A stretch of 64,000 nt of DNA from a virus. Both the position numbers and the translations under genes were made by a program. The notes beneath the pieces are model-generated. The model was not told the origin of the DNA. It searched no databases and saw only the letters and a list, made by a program, of their open reading frames with translations. The first letter of the stretch is position 1. Each line of letters opens with the position of its first letter. Shown here piece after piece: positions 30,690-40,227 of this stretch. The stretch lies in IMG/VR virus record IMGVR_UViG_3300028844_002785, positions 23,129-87,128 of that record; one strand, given 5' to 3'.

Positions 30690-32840
30690 ATGTCAGTTTC
30701 TCAAGTCAAAAGCAATCTTGCAAAACTTCTTGCAACTGAAAACCTGACAGTTGAACATAGTAATGTCTCTACAGCATCTTTCAATGTTGAGACCAGAGTT
30801 CTTCAACTTCCTGTATGGGAAAACATTACAGAAGACATCTATGATCTTCTTGTAGGTCATGAAGTTGGACATGCTTTATATACACCATCAGATTATTATA
30901 CTGAGGATGTTCCTCAATCATTCCTTAATGTTATTGAAGACGCCCGTATTGAACGAATGATTAAGGCAAGGTATCCAGGACTTTCAAAGTCTTTTTACAA
31001 AGGATATGCAGAACTTAATAATCAAGATTTTTTTGAGTTACGTGGACTAAAACTGTCTACGATGAAATTGATTGATAGAATTAATATTTATTTTAAGATT
31101 GGTATTCATGATATCAATACAATTATTCCATTCTCACATCAAGAAAATAAATTTATTGAGATGACTAGGAATGCTGAAACTTTTGATGATGTTGTAGATA
31201 TTTGCAAAAAACTTATTAAATATATTAATGAGAGTAAAGATAAAGAAGATATTAATTTAGATGATGTAAAAAATATTTCAGAAACTGATCAACCTGATAA
31301 TGGTGAACAGATCCCAATTGAAATAAAAGATTCTGAGTCTGATAGTAATGATGCCAATTCTCAGACTGATGGTAATGAAGGTGGTGAGGGAACTGAGCCT
31401 GATAATGATTTAAACACTGATTATGATGAAGAAGAATATTCTTCTGATACGGATAGAGCATGGAATCGCAATACAAAAACTCTTGTAGATACTACGGCAA
31501 TGAAACATGTGTATGTAACTCCACCATCTATTGATTGGTCCGAATGCATTGAACCAATCAGTATGTTTACAGAAAACATGAATAAGAATATAGAATTTTT
31601 TGAGAAAGCATCGTTAGGTTATAATAATATTAATATTATTGATCTTTGGAAAAAATCTTTTACTTCCTTTAAAACTGAAAGTAGTAAATCAGTTTCTTAT
31701 ATGGTGAAAGAGTTTGAAATGAAAAAACAAGCTGATCAATATAATCGTTCTGGTATATCTAAAACAGGAGTTCTAAATACAAACAAATTATTTTCTTATA
31801 AGTGGTCTGAAGACGTTTTTAAAAAGAACACTATTCTTCCCAATGGAAAGAATCATGGGTTAATTATGTACATTGACTGGTCTGGATCTATGTGTGATAA
31901 TATGACTGGTACTGTTAAACAATTAATTAACTTAATTAGTTTTTGTAAAAAAGTAAACATTCCTTTCCAAGTATTTGCTTTTTCAGATCATGGTGTATAT
32001 GAACCTCGTAAACCATATCGTGAAACAATTAGAGATTATGAAATTGCAATAAGTCAACGTTTTCGTTTAATCGAATTGTTTAATAGCAAAGTTAAAAATT
32101 CTGAATTTGATAATCAATTATTTAAACTTTGGGCGTTGATGAAATGTATTGAAGCTAGGTCTGGTAATATGCCGCATGGAAATTATTCTTTGAGTGGAAC
32201 TCCATTGAATGATACTATTCTTGCCGCAATATATGTTTTTAATAAATTTAAACGGGAAACTAAAGTTGATAAAGTAAATACAGTATTTCTTACTGATGGA
32301 GAATCAAACGGGTTGGCGTATTGCACAACTAAAAAACATGTAGATGGTGAAAAATACATTTCTAGAACACCTATAAATTATGATTCTCAATATAATGTAA
32401 TTTGTATCAAAGATCCTAGTAGTGGATATGTAGATTTAAATATCAACGATAGTCATGATTACAGAACTTGTGGAATGAATGTAACAACTGCTTTGATTAA
32501 ATATTATAAGTGGATGACAGGATCAAATATTATTGGGTTTAGACTTTCTGAGTCATATAATATTAAATATATTATTAGGGCATCAGTTGATGGTGGAACA
32601 GACAATTATGATCACTACAAAAAAATGTGGAGATCTGATAAATGTTTTGTTATTAATAACTTAGGATATGATGAACTATATGTTCTTCCAGGATCAGGAG
32701 ATTTTAATGGTGCTGAAGCTGTAATCAATGCTTCAAATACTGATAGTAAAAGTAAAATTAGAACACAGTTTAAGAAATATGTAAAAACTAAAATGTTTAA
32801 TAAGATAATCTTATCAAAATTCGTCAATCAAATTGCTTGA
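30690..32840 (+). CDS. HEXXH-zincin + VWA domain protein (CobT-like partner of the AAA+ ATPase)
   Basis: HEVGH, NVIEDARIE, acidic linker, MIDAS DWSGSM, GTPL, LTDGE. Confidence 0.8.
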   Translation: MSVSQVKSNLAKLLATENLTVEHSNVSTASFNVETRVLQLPVWENITEDIYDLLVGHEVGHALYTPSDYYTEDVPQSFLNVIEDARIERMIKARYPGLSKSFYKGYAELNNQDFFELRGLKLSTMKLIDRINIYFKIGIHDINTIIPFSHQENKFIEMTRNAETFDDVVDICKKLIKYINESKDKEDINLDDVKNISETDQPDNGEQIPIEIKDSESDSNDANSQTDGNEGGEGTEPDNDLNTDYDEEEYSSDTDRAWNRNTKTLVDTTAMKHVYVTPPSIDWSECIEPISMFTENMNKNIEFFEKASLGYNNINIIDLWKKSFTSFKTESSKSVSYMVKEFEMKKQADQYNRSGISKTGVLNTNKLFSYKWSEDVFKKNTILPNGKNHGLIMYIDWSGSMCDNMTGTVKQLINLISFCKKVNIPFQVFAFSDHGVYEPRKPYRETIRDYEIAISQRFRLIELFNSKVKNSEFDNQLFKLWALMKCIEARSGNMPHGNYSLSGTPLNDTILAAIYVFNKFKRETKVDKVNTVFLTDGESNGLAYCTTKKHVDGEKYISRTPINYDSQYNVICIKDPSSGYVDLNINDSHDYRTCGMNVTTALIKYYKWMTGSNIIGFRLSESYNIKYIIRASVDGGTDNYDHYKKMWRSDKCFVINNLGYDELYVLPGSGDFNGAEAVINASNTDSKSKIRTQFKKYVKTKMFNKIILSKFVNQIA

Positions 32841-32865
32841 CGGACCAACCGTTGTGCAGTATAAT
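32837..32865 (+). promoter_or_regulatory. sigma70-like (early) promoter
   Basis: TTGACG-17nt-TATAAT. Confidence 0.75.
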
Positions 32866-32889
32866 AGCCAAGTAACCAAAGGACATCCA

Positions 32890-33984
32890 ATGAACTCTAC
32901 TGACGTAATTGTTTCAGATCTAATCTCTCGATTTGGGTCAAGCGTTACTCGTAAAAATATTTCCGAATACAGTGAGACTAGTGATGCTTCCTTTGTAACC
33001 TTGTGTAATCGACTAAAGCCATACAAGGTTGGTCGTGGTTTGTATAATCTTACAGTTAAAGAAAAACTAGAACAGAATTATTCAACTGATACTGGAGTTC
33101 CTTTTATTGAAATCCAAAATCTTGTTCCGGATAAAGATCCTACATATGTTCCTTTTGGAAATTTTTCTGATGTAAAGAAAATTATCAAGTCTGGTATTTT
33201 CTATCCAACGTTTATTACTGGTCTGTCTGGAAATGGTAAAACATTTAGTGTAGAACAAGCATGTGCTCAACTTGGACGAGAACTTGTTCGTGTAAACATT
33301 ACTATTGAAACTGATGAAGATGATCTTATTGGTGGTTTCCGTCTTGTCGATGGGGCAACTGTTTGGCATAACGGACCTGTCGTTGAAGCACTTGAACGAG
33401 GAGCAATCTTGTTACTCGATGAAGTTGACCTTGCTAGCAATAAAATCCTCTGTCTACAGTCCATCCTTGAAGGTAAAGGTGTGTTCCTGAAAAAAATTAA
33501 CAAATATGTTAATGTAACAGATGGGTTTAATGTATTCGCAACAGCTAATACTAAAGGTAAGGGTTCTGATGATGGAAGATTTATTGGTACTAATGTGCTA
33601 AATGAAGCATTCCTTGAAAGATTTGCGGTAACGTTTGAACAGTGTTATCCTAATCCTACAACAGAACAAAAAATTCTTGATGGTGTTTCATCAACTCTAG
33701 ATATGCAAGAGTCGTTAGATACGACATTCTGTAAAAATCTGGTGGACTGGGCAGAAATTATTCGTAAAACATTTGCCGAAGGTGGTATCGACGAAGTTAT
33801 TTCAACTCGTCGTTTAGTTCACATTATTCGTGCATACAGTATCTTTGGTAATGAATCTAAAGCCCTTAGTGTTTGTTTGAATAGATTTGACAATGACACC
33901 AAACAATCTTTCCTAGATTTGTTTGATAAACTAGTTGCACCTAAGGAAGAAACTTTTGATGATCAAGACTTGACAACACTGTAA
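32890..33984 (+). CDS. cobS: CobS-like/MoxR-family AAA+ ATPase
   Basis: GLSGNGKT, LLLDEVD, ATANTKGKGS, NEAFLERF, STRRL; start moved to ATG 32890, downstream of the promoter. Confidence 0.9.
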   Translation: MNSTDVIVSDLISRFGSSVTRKNISEYSETSDASFVTLCNRLKPYKVGRGLYNLTVKEKLEQNYSTDTGVPFIEIQNLVPDKDPTYVPFGNFSDVKKIIKSGIFYPTFITGLSGNGKTFSVEQACAQLGRELVRVNITIETDEDDLIGGFRLVDGATVWHNGPVVEALERGAILLLDEVDLASNKILCLQSILEGKGVFLKKINKYVNVTDGFNVFATANTKGKGSDDGRFIGTNVLNEAFLERFAVTFEQCYPNPTTEQKILDGVSSTLDMQESLDTTFCKNLVDWAEIIRKTFAEGGIDEVISTRRLVHIIRAYSIFGNESKALSVCLNRFDNDTKQSFLDLFDKLVAPKEETFDDQDLTTL

Positions 33985-34020
33985 ATAATTTGTATAATCA
34001 ATAGGGTGAAATTCCCTATT
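33970..34020 (+). promoter_or_regulatory. Consensus sigma70 promoter with a leader hairpin
   Basis: TTGACA-17nt-TATAAT (33970-33998), then aataggg-tgaaatt-ccctatt. Confidence 0.75.
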
Positions 34021-34036
34021 ATAATTTTGAATAACT

Positions 34037-34324
34037 ATGACAAAAAAATACAATGAAGATGCTCTGTTGAAAGAGCTGAGTGATTACATTGCTGGAACTT
34101 ATGGACAACACTATTCTGCTGGCAACGACAGCATTCAAACGTTAGATTTAATTGAAGCATGTGGAGACGCTGAGTCATTTTGTCGCAGTAACATCCTGAA
34201 GTATGCTTCACGTTATGATCGCAAGGGCACTGCCCGTCGTGATATAATTAAGATCCTTCACTACGGTCTTCTCCTTCTACATTTTTCTGACAAAGCTGCA
34301 GTTACTGAACCCTACCCACAATAA
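34037..34324 (+). CDS. DUF3310-like conserved protein
   Basis: TYGQHY, FCRSNILKYASRYDRKG...DIIKILHY. Confidence 0.7.
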   Translation: MTKKYNEDALLKELSDYIAGTYGQHYSAGNDSIQTLDLIEACGDAESFCRSNILKYASRYDRKGTARRDIIKILHYGLLLLHFSDKAAVTEPYPQ

Positions 34325-34326
34325 TT

Positions 34327-34992
34327 ATGAAAATTTCCATCGAAACTCTGAATATTCTCAAAAACTTTTCTAACATCAACTCTTCGTTGGTTGTTAAAAA
34401 GGGAAATATTCTGCGAACTATTTCTCCTGCAAAAAATATTCTTGCAAAGTTTGAATGTCCAGAATCTTTCGACAATGATTTTGCTGTATATGATCTAAAT
34501 GAATTTCTGGGTGGTCTCTCTCTGTTTAAGGATCCTGACTTTGATTTTGGTAATACTTCTTATCTTTCTATTCGCAGTAATAAATCTAGAGTTAAATACT
34601 TTTTCTCCGATCCCAGTGTGATTACTGCTCCTCCAGAAAAAGATATTGAACTACCAACTATTGATGTTGAGTTTACTTTGACTGAAGAAGTTCTTTCGTC
34701 ATTGATTCGTGCAGCAAGTGTGTATCAACTTCCCGATCTTTCCTTGGTTGGTGAGAATGGAAACATGAATCTTGTGGTTCGTACAAAGAACAATGATACA
34801 TCTAACAATTTCTCCGTCAAGGTTGGTGAAACTGAGAATGAATTTTGTTTCAATTTCAAAGTAGAGAACCTAAAACTTATGCCTGGAGTGTATAATGTTC
34901 AGGTATCTACTGCTAATATTTCAAAGTTTACACATGATAAGTGGAACTTGTCCTATCTTATTGCTCTAGAACCTGACTCTACTTTTAATTGA
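34327..34992 (+). CDS. gp45: Sliding clamp gp45
   Basis: TLNILKNFSNINSS, AVYDLNEFL, YLIALEPDS. Confidence 0.96.
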   Translation: MKISIETLNILKNFSNINSSLVVKKGNILRTISPAKNILAKFECPESFDNDFAVYDLNEFLGGLSLFKDPDFDFGNTSYLSIRSNKSRVKYFFSDPSVITAPPEKDIELPTIDVEFTLTEEVLSSLIRAASVYQLPDLSLVGENGNMNLVVRTKNNDTSNNFSVKVGETENEFCFNFKVENLKLMPGVYNVQVSTANISKFTHDKWNLSYLIALEPDSTFN

Positions 34993-34994
34993 TA

Positions 34995-35936
34995 ATGAGT
35001 GATTTTATCTGGGTTGAAAAATACCGTCCTACTAAAATTGAAGACTGTATTCTCCCCGAAGGTATCAAAACTACCTTACAAAGTTTTGTTAAAAAGGGGG
35101 AAGTTCCAAACCTTCTCCTTGCTGGTCCCCCTGGTATCGGCAAAACTACAGTTGCAAAAGCTCTTTGCAACGAACTTGGTGTTGACTTTTACGTAATTAA
35201 TGGATCTGACGAAGGACGATTTCTGGACACGGTACGGAACCAAGCAAAGAATTTTGCGACGACCGTATCACTTCAAGCAAATGGAAAACCAAAAGTTATC
35301 ATCATTGACGAAGCAGATAACACAACCAATGATGTACAACTCCTCTTACGGGCAAACATTGAGGCGTATCATAACAACTGCAGATTCATCTTCACCTGCA
35401 ACTACAAAAACAAAATCATCGAACCCCTCCACAGTCGATGTGCCGTCGTTGACTTCTCAGTCAACGGAAAGGAAAAGACAGCTATTGCGGGGCAATTTTT
35501 CAACCGTATCAGGTCTATACTTGAGAAAGAAACTGTTGATTATGATCCTAAAGTTGTCGCAGAAGTAATCAAAAAATATTTTCCTGATTGGAGACGTGTC
35601 TTAAATGAATTGCAAAGATATGCTTCTATTGGTAGTATTGACACAGGAATTCTAACTGCAGTTTCTGAAGTCAATCTGAAAGATCTTGTTGGTAATATGA
35701 AAAATAAAGACTTTAGTAAAGTTAGGAAGTGGGTTGTGGAAAACCTTGATAATGATCAAAGTGCAGTTCATCGTAAAGTATATGATACCATGTATACATC
35801 TTTGGAACCTGCATCTATTCCACAAGCTGTTTTAATTTTTGCTAAATATCAATATCAGTCTGCATTTGCTGTTGATCCAGAGATCAATACGCTTGCATGT
35901 ATGACTGAACTAATGTGTGACTGTAAATTCAAATGA
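34995..35936 (+). CDS. gp44: Clamp loader large subunit gp44
   Basis: WVEKYRP, GPPGIGKTT, IIIDEAD, PLHSRC. Confidence 0.97.
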   Translation: MSDFIWVEKYRPTKIEDCILPEGIKTTLQSFVKKGEVPNLLLAGPPGIGKTTVAKALCNELGVDFYVINGSDEGRFLDTVRNQAKNFATTVSLQANGKPKVIIIDEADNTTNDVQLLLRANIEAYHNNCRFIFTCNYKNKIIEPLHSRCAVVDFSVNGKEKTAIAGQFFNRIRSILEKETVDYDPKVVAEVIKKYFPDWRRVLNELQRYASIGSIDTGILTAVSEVNLKDLVGNMKNKDFSKVRKWVVENLDNDQSAVHRKVYDTMYTSLEPASIPQAVLIFAKYQYQSAFAVDPEINTLACMTELMCDCKFK

Positions 35937-36223
35937 ATGTAAAACTTATTCGTATGTCTTCTGGTGAAGACGTTGTTGCTACTATCGTCAGTGAAACTGA
36001 TAGTATACTTGAAGTAGAAGATGCTATTGTAGCAATTCCTACTGGTGAGAGCCAAATTGGATTTGCTCCATGGTCTCCTCTTGTATCAAAATCGGACAAA
36101 ACTTTGCCCGTAAATAAAAAATTTGTGGTTTACATTGCAGAGGTTGCAGAAGACATCGTAAACCAGTATAATCAGATGTTCAGTAAAATTGTAACTCCAA
36201 CTAATAAACTGATATATAAATGA
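35933..36223 (+). CDS. Conserved hypothetical protein (Sm-like)
   Basis: VKLIRMSSGEDVVA...IGFAPW; ATGA coupling to gp44. Confidence 0.75.
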   Translation: MNVKLIRMSSGEDVVATIVSETDSILEVEDAIVAIPTGESQIGFAPWSPLVSKSDKTLPVNKKFVVYIAEVAEDIVNQYNQMFSKIVTPTNKLIYK

Positions 36224-37332
36224 TTCTTTCTCCAGAAGATACTCTATACGCATACGGTAAGATCAATGAAGCATACGGTTCTATCAACCGTATTGATGAC
36301 TTCTTTCGTATGAAAAAAATTGAACGTATCAAAGAGATTCCACCAACTCTCTTTGGTTTGTCCCATGAAGATGATCTGTTTCAGGATTTCTCTATGCATC
36401 CTGAGGACATGAACTTTCGTATTGTTCAACCAGACCACAGCACGTTCAATACTCTTCTGGAAATGACTGCATCATTTACCTACGAGGAAGCACCAGGTAA
36501 AGAGATGAAACTGATGATCCAGGAGACCACCACAGGCACCGCTGTAGGGTTCATCAAACTGGGTTCTCCCATCATCAACTCCAAACCTCGTAACGAGTGG
36601 TTGGGAGGGGTTCCTGACCTGACCATCTTCAACAAACGTGCGATCATGGGATTTATCATCGTTCCTACTCAACCGTTTGGATTCAACTATCTTGGTGGTA
36701 AACTTCTGTCATTGATCTGTTGTAGTCATGAAGTTCGTGAGATGTTGAATAAGAAGTACAATACAGAAATGTGTTTGTTTGAGACAACATCGTTGTATGG
36801 TAATATCAAAGGTACCAGTCAGTATGATGGTCTAAAGCCATACCTTCGTTATCGTGGAGATACAGAATCTAAGTTTCTGTTGACTCTCCCAGACTTCATC
36901 TATCATGATCTGAGTAAGTGGTTTATTGAAAGGAATGGTGGTCCTTTAATTCATAAAGGTGCTTCTAGTCGCAAACTCAAAATTCAAACCAAGATGATTT
37001 CTATCATCAAAAATTCTCTGAAGGAATACTATCCAGATCTGTATACAGAGTTTGTTGCATTCATTAAATCTAAACAGGATGTGACAACTCAGAAACGTTT
37101 TTATATGTCTGACTATGGATATGAAAACGCTAAAGATGTTATACTTGGTAAAACTGAAACACTAATTCCAAACAAACAAAACTTCGATAAATTTTATCTA
37201 GAAAATATGGTACAATGGTGGAAACGAAAAGCTTCTAATCGTTACCAAAAACTTGTTAGTGAAAATTATCTGAGAACAGATATTGAAGTTTGGAATTCTA
37301 ATACTATGAACACTATTGACATTATCAGATGA
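36220..37332 (+). CDS. DUF4338 / DruA-like protein
   Basis: GFIKLGSP, PFGFNYLGGKLLSLICCS and FETTSLYG..SQY motifs. Confidence 0.65.
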   Translation: MILSPEDTLYAYGKINEAYGSINRIDDFFRMKKIERIKEIPPTLFGLSHEDDLFQDFSMHPEDMNFRIVQPDHSTFNTLLEMTASFTYEEAPGKEMKLMIQETTTGTAVGFIKLGSPIINSKPRNEWLGGVPDLTIFNKRAIMGFIIVPTQPFGFNYLGGKLLSLICCSHEVREMLNKKYNTEMCLFETTSLYGNIKGTSQYDGLKPYLRYRGDTESKFLLTLPDFIYHDLSKWFIERNGGPLIHKGASSRKLKIQTKMISIIKNSLKEYYPDLYTEFVAFIKSKQDVTTQKRFYMSDYGYENAKDVILGKTETLIPNKQNFDKFYLENMVQWWKRKASNRYQKLVSENYLRTDIEVWNSNTMNTIDIIR

Positions 37333-38672
37333 CGCTTACCAAATTCTTAACTGACCAAAAATTTGAAAAGACTATACGAATTTTAGTCTATCCAAACATT
37401 ACGTTCTCTAAGGATTTGACAAAGGATAGTTATATTCAAGTGATTACAAATATGATCACTGAGCTTAATAAGATTCGTACTGATTTATTTTTCTATTTAA
37501 TTCTCCCATCTTTCTTGGAGATGTTGGACTTTCCTAATACCAGTCAACTTATTATGAAAGTTCCTACGTATCCTCCTACGATGCGTTCTCATTTTGATGT
37601 AGATTTTTTCAGAAGACTTATCAATCATGATCTTGATATTGATTTAGTATTCTCTCATCTTCCAGAACATACACATGCTATTAAAAATACTATCAGTAAT
37701 GTAACTCATCATAGCCCTTCTTACTTTGGATATTGTCACTGGTTTGATCTCAAAGAAGTTGTTGCATGGAGTCAACCAAGTTTCAATCAAAATATTCTTG
37801 GACTACTTGAGATGGAACGTTGCTATCTCAATACACAGAGTCAAAAAAATCTTGTATTAAAGCAATCGACCGAAACCTTTAATAAGGGAACCCTTATTAA
37901 ACTTAAGGACATTCTTACACCACATCATCTAGGAGTTAAAGAATCTGATATTGTAGAACCAAATACAAATACCGATAAATTAATTGTTTTTAATCACAGA
38001 CCTGATACATATAAAGACTTCAATAACTTTATGAAGGTTCTAGAGTCTCTCAGAGAGGTTAGAGAAGACTTTACTGTGTGGATACCATTGTTAGAAAAAT
38101 CAGATAAGGATTGGATTACTACTGAGAAGTTTAATAAGCAACGTTATTACAAAAAACTTCAACAATGTAGAGTTGGATTTTCTCCAAAACAAGTTTATGG
38201 TGGATGGAGTGTTTCAACTACAGATGGTATTATGAATGGTTGTCCATATATTATGTACGACGCTGATTACTATCAAGAACTAAATCCAACTGCAGATTTC
38301 TTTACTGAAAATTCTACCGCTGTAAATCTTTTGAATAAGTATCTAGATGATCCTGGATATCGAAATGAGATGTCTGTCAAATCTCAATCTTATTTACGTG
38401 AAAATCTTATCTATACTGCTGAAATTAAAAACATAAGTGATTACATAGATGATCTTATTGATAGACAAAAATGTATTCAGTCTGATGTGACAACCAGATT
38501 AATTGATATAATTAAATCGAAGGGACAAGTTACTAAAAAAGAATTATTTAATTCCTACCTTGGTTGGGGTAGAGGAATTAAGTTTGGTCCTTACCGGAGA
38601 GCTTTGCTCAATCATGAAAATATCTATGATACAATAGATTCCACTCCTTATTATTGCTGGATTGACACTTAA
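37329..38672 (+). CDS. GT-B fold glycosyltransferase with C-terminal winged-helix-like domain
   Basis: DLVFSHLPE, IVFNHR..YK, GWSVSTTDGIMNGCPYI (GT4-like donor-binding segment), LLNKYLDDP..R; short helical tail RLIDIIKSKGQVTKKEL. Confidence 0.7.
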   Translation: MTLTKFLTDQKFEKTIRILVYPNITFSKDLTKDSYIQVITNMITELNKIRTDLFFYLILPSFLEMLDFPNTSQLIMKVPTYPPTMRSHFDVDFFRRLINHDLDIDLVFSHLPEHTHAIKNTISNVTHHSPSYFGYCHWFDLKEVVAWSQPSFNQNILGLLEMERCYLNTQSQKNLVLKQSTETFNKGTLIKLKDILTPHHLGVKESDIVEPNTNTDKLIVFNHRPDTYKDFNNFMKVLESLREVREDFTVWIPLLEKSDKDWITTEKFNKQRYYKKLQQCRVGFSPKQVYGGWSVSTTDGIMNGCPYIMYDADYYQELNPTADFFTENSTAVNLLNKYLDDPGYRNEMSVKSQSYLRENLIYTAEIKNISDYIDDLIDRQKCIQSDVTTRLIDIIKSKGQVTKKELFNSYLGWGRGIKFGPYRRALLNHENIYDTIDSTPYYCWIDT

Positions 38673-38675
38673 ATT

Positions 38676-39059
38676 ATGGAACTTAAAGACTGGTTGAACT
38701 CTATTAATCAATCAAAAATTAACTTGATTGATGAAGACTATGGTACAGAAAAAGATTATCCCCCATTCATTATCAATAAGTGTATGTCTGGTTTTATAGA
38801 CACAGTTCTTATCGCTAATGAAATGAATATTCATTCTGATCTTTCAAAGAAGATGCAATATGATTTTTTTATAAATATTGTGAGACCGAAAAAAAGATTT
38901 TCTCCATGGTTGAGAAAAGAAAAACTTGACACCCTAGAACTCATCAAAAATTATTATCATTATAATGATGAGAAAGCCAGAAGTGCTCTGAGACTTTTAT
39001 CGGAAGAACAAATTGAATTTATCAAACAAAGGATGAAAACTGGAGGAAAAAATGAGTGA
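38676..39059 (+). CDS. gp62: Clamp loader small subunit gp62
   Basis: LKDWLNSIN, YPPFIINKCMS, KKRFSPW. Confidence 0.95.
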   Translation: MELKDWLNSINQSKINLIDEDYGTEKDYPPFIINKCMSGFIDTVLIANEMNIHSDLSKKMQYDFFINIVRPKKRFSPWLRKEKLDTLELIKNYYHYNDEKARSALRLLSEEQIEFIKQRMKTGGKNE

Positions 39060-39486
39060 AGTTCTGGAGTACAATTGGTCGCCTGATAAAATGGTTGAGG
39101 TGACACTCAAGGAGCCTGATGATTTTCTGAAGGTTCGCGAGACTCTTACTCGTATCGGTGTTGCATCACGTAAAGAAAAAAAGATTTATCAGTCTTGTCA
39201 TATTTTGCATAAACAAGGTAAGTATTATATCGTTCACTTCAAAGAGTTGTTTGCTCTTGATGGTAAAAAAGCAAATCTTTTTGTAAATGATATTCAACGT
39301 AGAAATCGTATTGCTCAGTTGTTATCTGACTGGGGGTTGGTTGATGTAGTAGAATCTTCTATGGTTGAAGATTGTGCTCCTCTAAGTCAAATTAAAGTTC
39401 TTTCTTATAGAGATAAAGGTGAGTGGACTTTAGAAAGTAAGTATAATATTGGTAAAAAGAAAACAACTACTACTCAGTCAGTATAA
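39052..39486 (+). CDS. regA: Translational repressor RegA
   Basis: DDFLKVRETLTRIG, QSCHILHKQGKYYIVHFKELF. Confidence 0.97.
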   Translation: MSEVLEYNWSPDKMVEVTLKEPDDFLKVRETLTRIGVASRKEKKIYQSCHILHKQGKYYIVHFKELFALDGKKANLFVNDIQRRNRIAQLLSDWGLVDVVESSMVEDCAPLSQIKVLSYRDKGEWTLESKYNIGKKKTTTTQSV

Positions 39487-39623
39487 CCATCATCATCCTC
39501 TACGATAGTAACTCTACTATCATTAGTTAAATAAAAATCCTTATCGGAATAGATCTCAGATTCTAATTCGTTAAGGATTTCTTTTAGCTTTTTATGTAAT
39601 ATTTTTAGTTTAGATTTTTTCAT
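39474..39623 (-). CDS. Small hypothetical protein (49 aa; not in the ORF track)
   Basis: MKKSKLKILHKKLKEILNELESEIYSDKDFYLTNDSRVTIVEDDDGYTD; resembles a recurrent cyanophage ESE(I/V)YSD...DDDGY family. Confidence 0.65.
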   Translation of the reverse strand: MKKSKLKILHKKLKEILNELESEIYSDKDFYLTNDSRVTIVEDDDGYTD

Positions 39624-39649
39624 AGTTCTATATTTAAATGTATGTATAC

Positions 39650-39676
39650 AAAAAAAGGTCCCTCTACAGGGACCTT
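39650..39676 (-). terminator. Rho-independent terminator (minus strand)
   Basis: aaggtccct-gtag-agggacctt followed by a T-run on the minus strand. Confidence 0.8.
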
Positions 39677-39680
39677 AATA

Positions 39681-39851
39681 CTATTCTAATAAACTTTTAC
39701 ATATACGTTTGCACACAGTCTGACTTTCATCGCATTCAATTAAGCAGTCAAAGTAATCATTGACCAGATCTAATTCTTCATTACATCTGTCTAGAGTATT
39801 TTTAAAATGATTCCATTCTACTAATTGGTTACGGGAAACTATGTTATGCAT
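39681..39851 (-). CDS. Small Cys-rich protein (56 aa; not in the ORF track)
   Basis: MHNIVSRNQLVEWNHFKNTLDRCNEELDLVNDYFDCLIECDESQTVCKRICKSLLE; RBS GGAGGA; has its own terminator. Confidence 0.75.
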   Translation of the reverse strand: MHNIVSRNQLVEWNHFKNTLDRCNEELDLVNDYFDCLIECDESQTVCKRICKSLLE

Positions 39852-39983
39852 ATTTCCTCCATGTCATATTTAATTTTTAAAAAATAATATAGTTAATTTC
39901 ATATCATAAGCACCTCTATTCTACTACTATATAGGTTACTTTGTGTTTATTCACTAACATTTGTGTAATTTAAATATAAGTAT

Positions 39984-40012
39984 AAAAAAAGAGAGGGTTC
40001 TTAACCCTCTCT
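39984..40012 (-). terminator. Rho-independent terminator (minus strand) after the DUF4278-like gene
   Basis: agagagggtt-aag-aaccctctct followed by a T-run. Confidence 0.85.
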
Positions 40013-40025
40013 GTGAAGTAAGTTA

Positions 40026-40193
40026 TCACTTTGTATACAGATGACCGCGATAGCAAAATGTACCATGGGTCTCTTTTGATTCTACACAACGAGTAGAGTA
40101 CTCAACACCACGATATGAGGTGTGTGTAATCTGTGCGTCGTGAAGTGCAGATGCTTTGTTGATCTGCTTCTTGATCATGTTTAGTGTGTTCAT
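40026..40193 (-). CDS. DUF4278-like small protein (55 aa)
   Basis: Two YRG motifs (SYRGVEY, CYRGHLY); RBS AGGAG before ATG 40193; lies downstream of a glutamine-riboswitch-like RNA. Confidence 0.75.
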   Translation of the reverse strand: MNTLNMIKKQINKASALHDAQITHTSYRGVEYSTRCVESKETHGTFCYRGHLYTK

Positions 40194-40227
40194 TGTGTTA
40201 CTCCTAAAGTAATGAGGGTTTTTAATC

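Noticed and set aside
36220-37332. Complete Druantia defence system
   Set aside because: Only a DruA/DUF4338-like gene is present; there is no DruE helicase or other subunit nearby.
39918-39958. GTT-N8-AAC palindrome 21 nt from a minus-strand TAGAAT, resembling an NtcA promoter
   Set aside because: Both half-sites deviate from GTA/TAC and the region is AT-rich; too weak to call, although the spacing matches the site at 13439.
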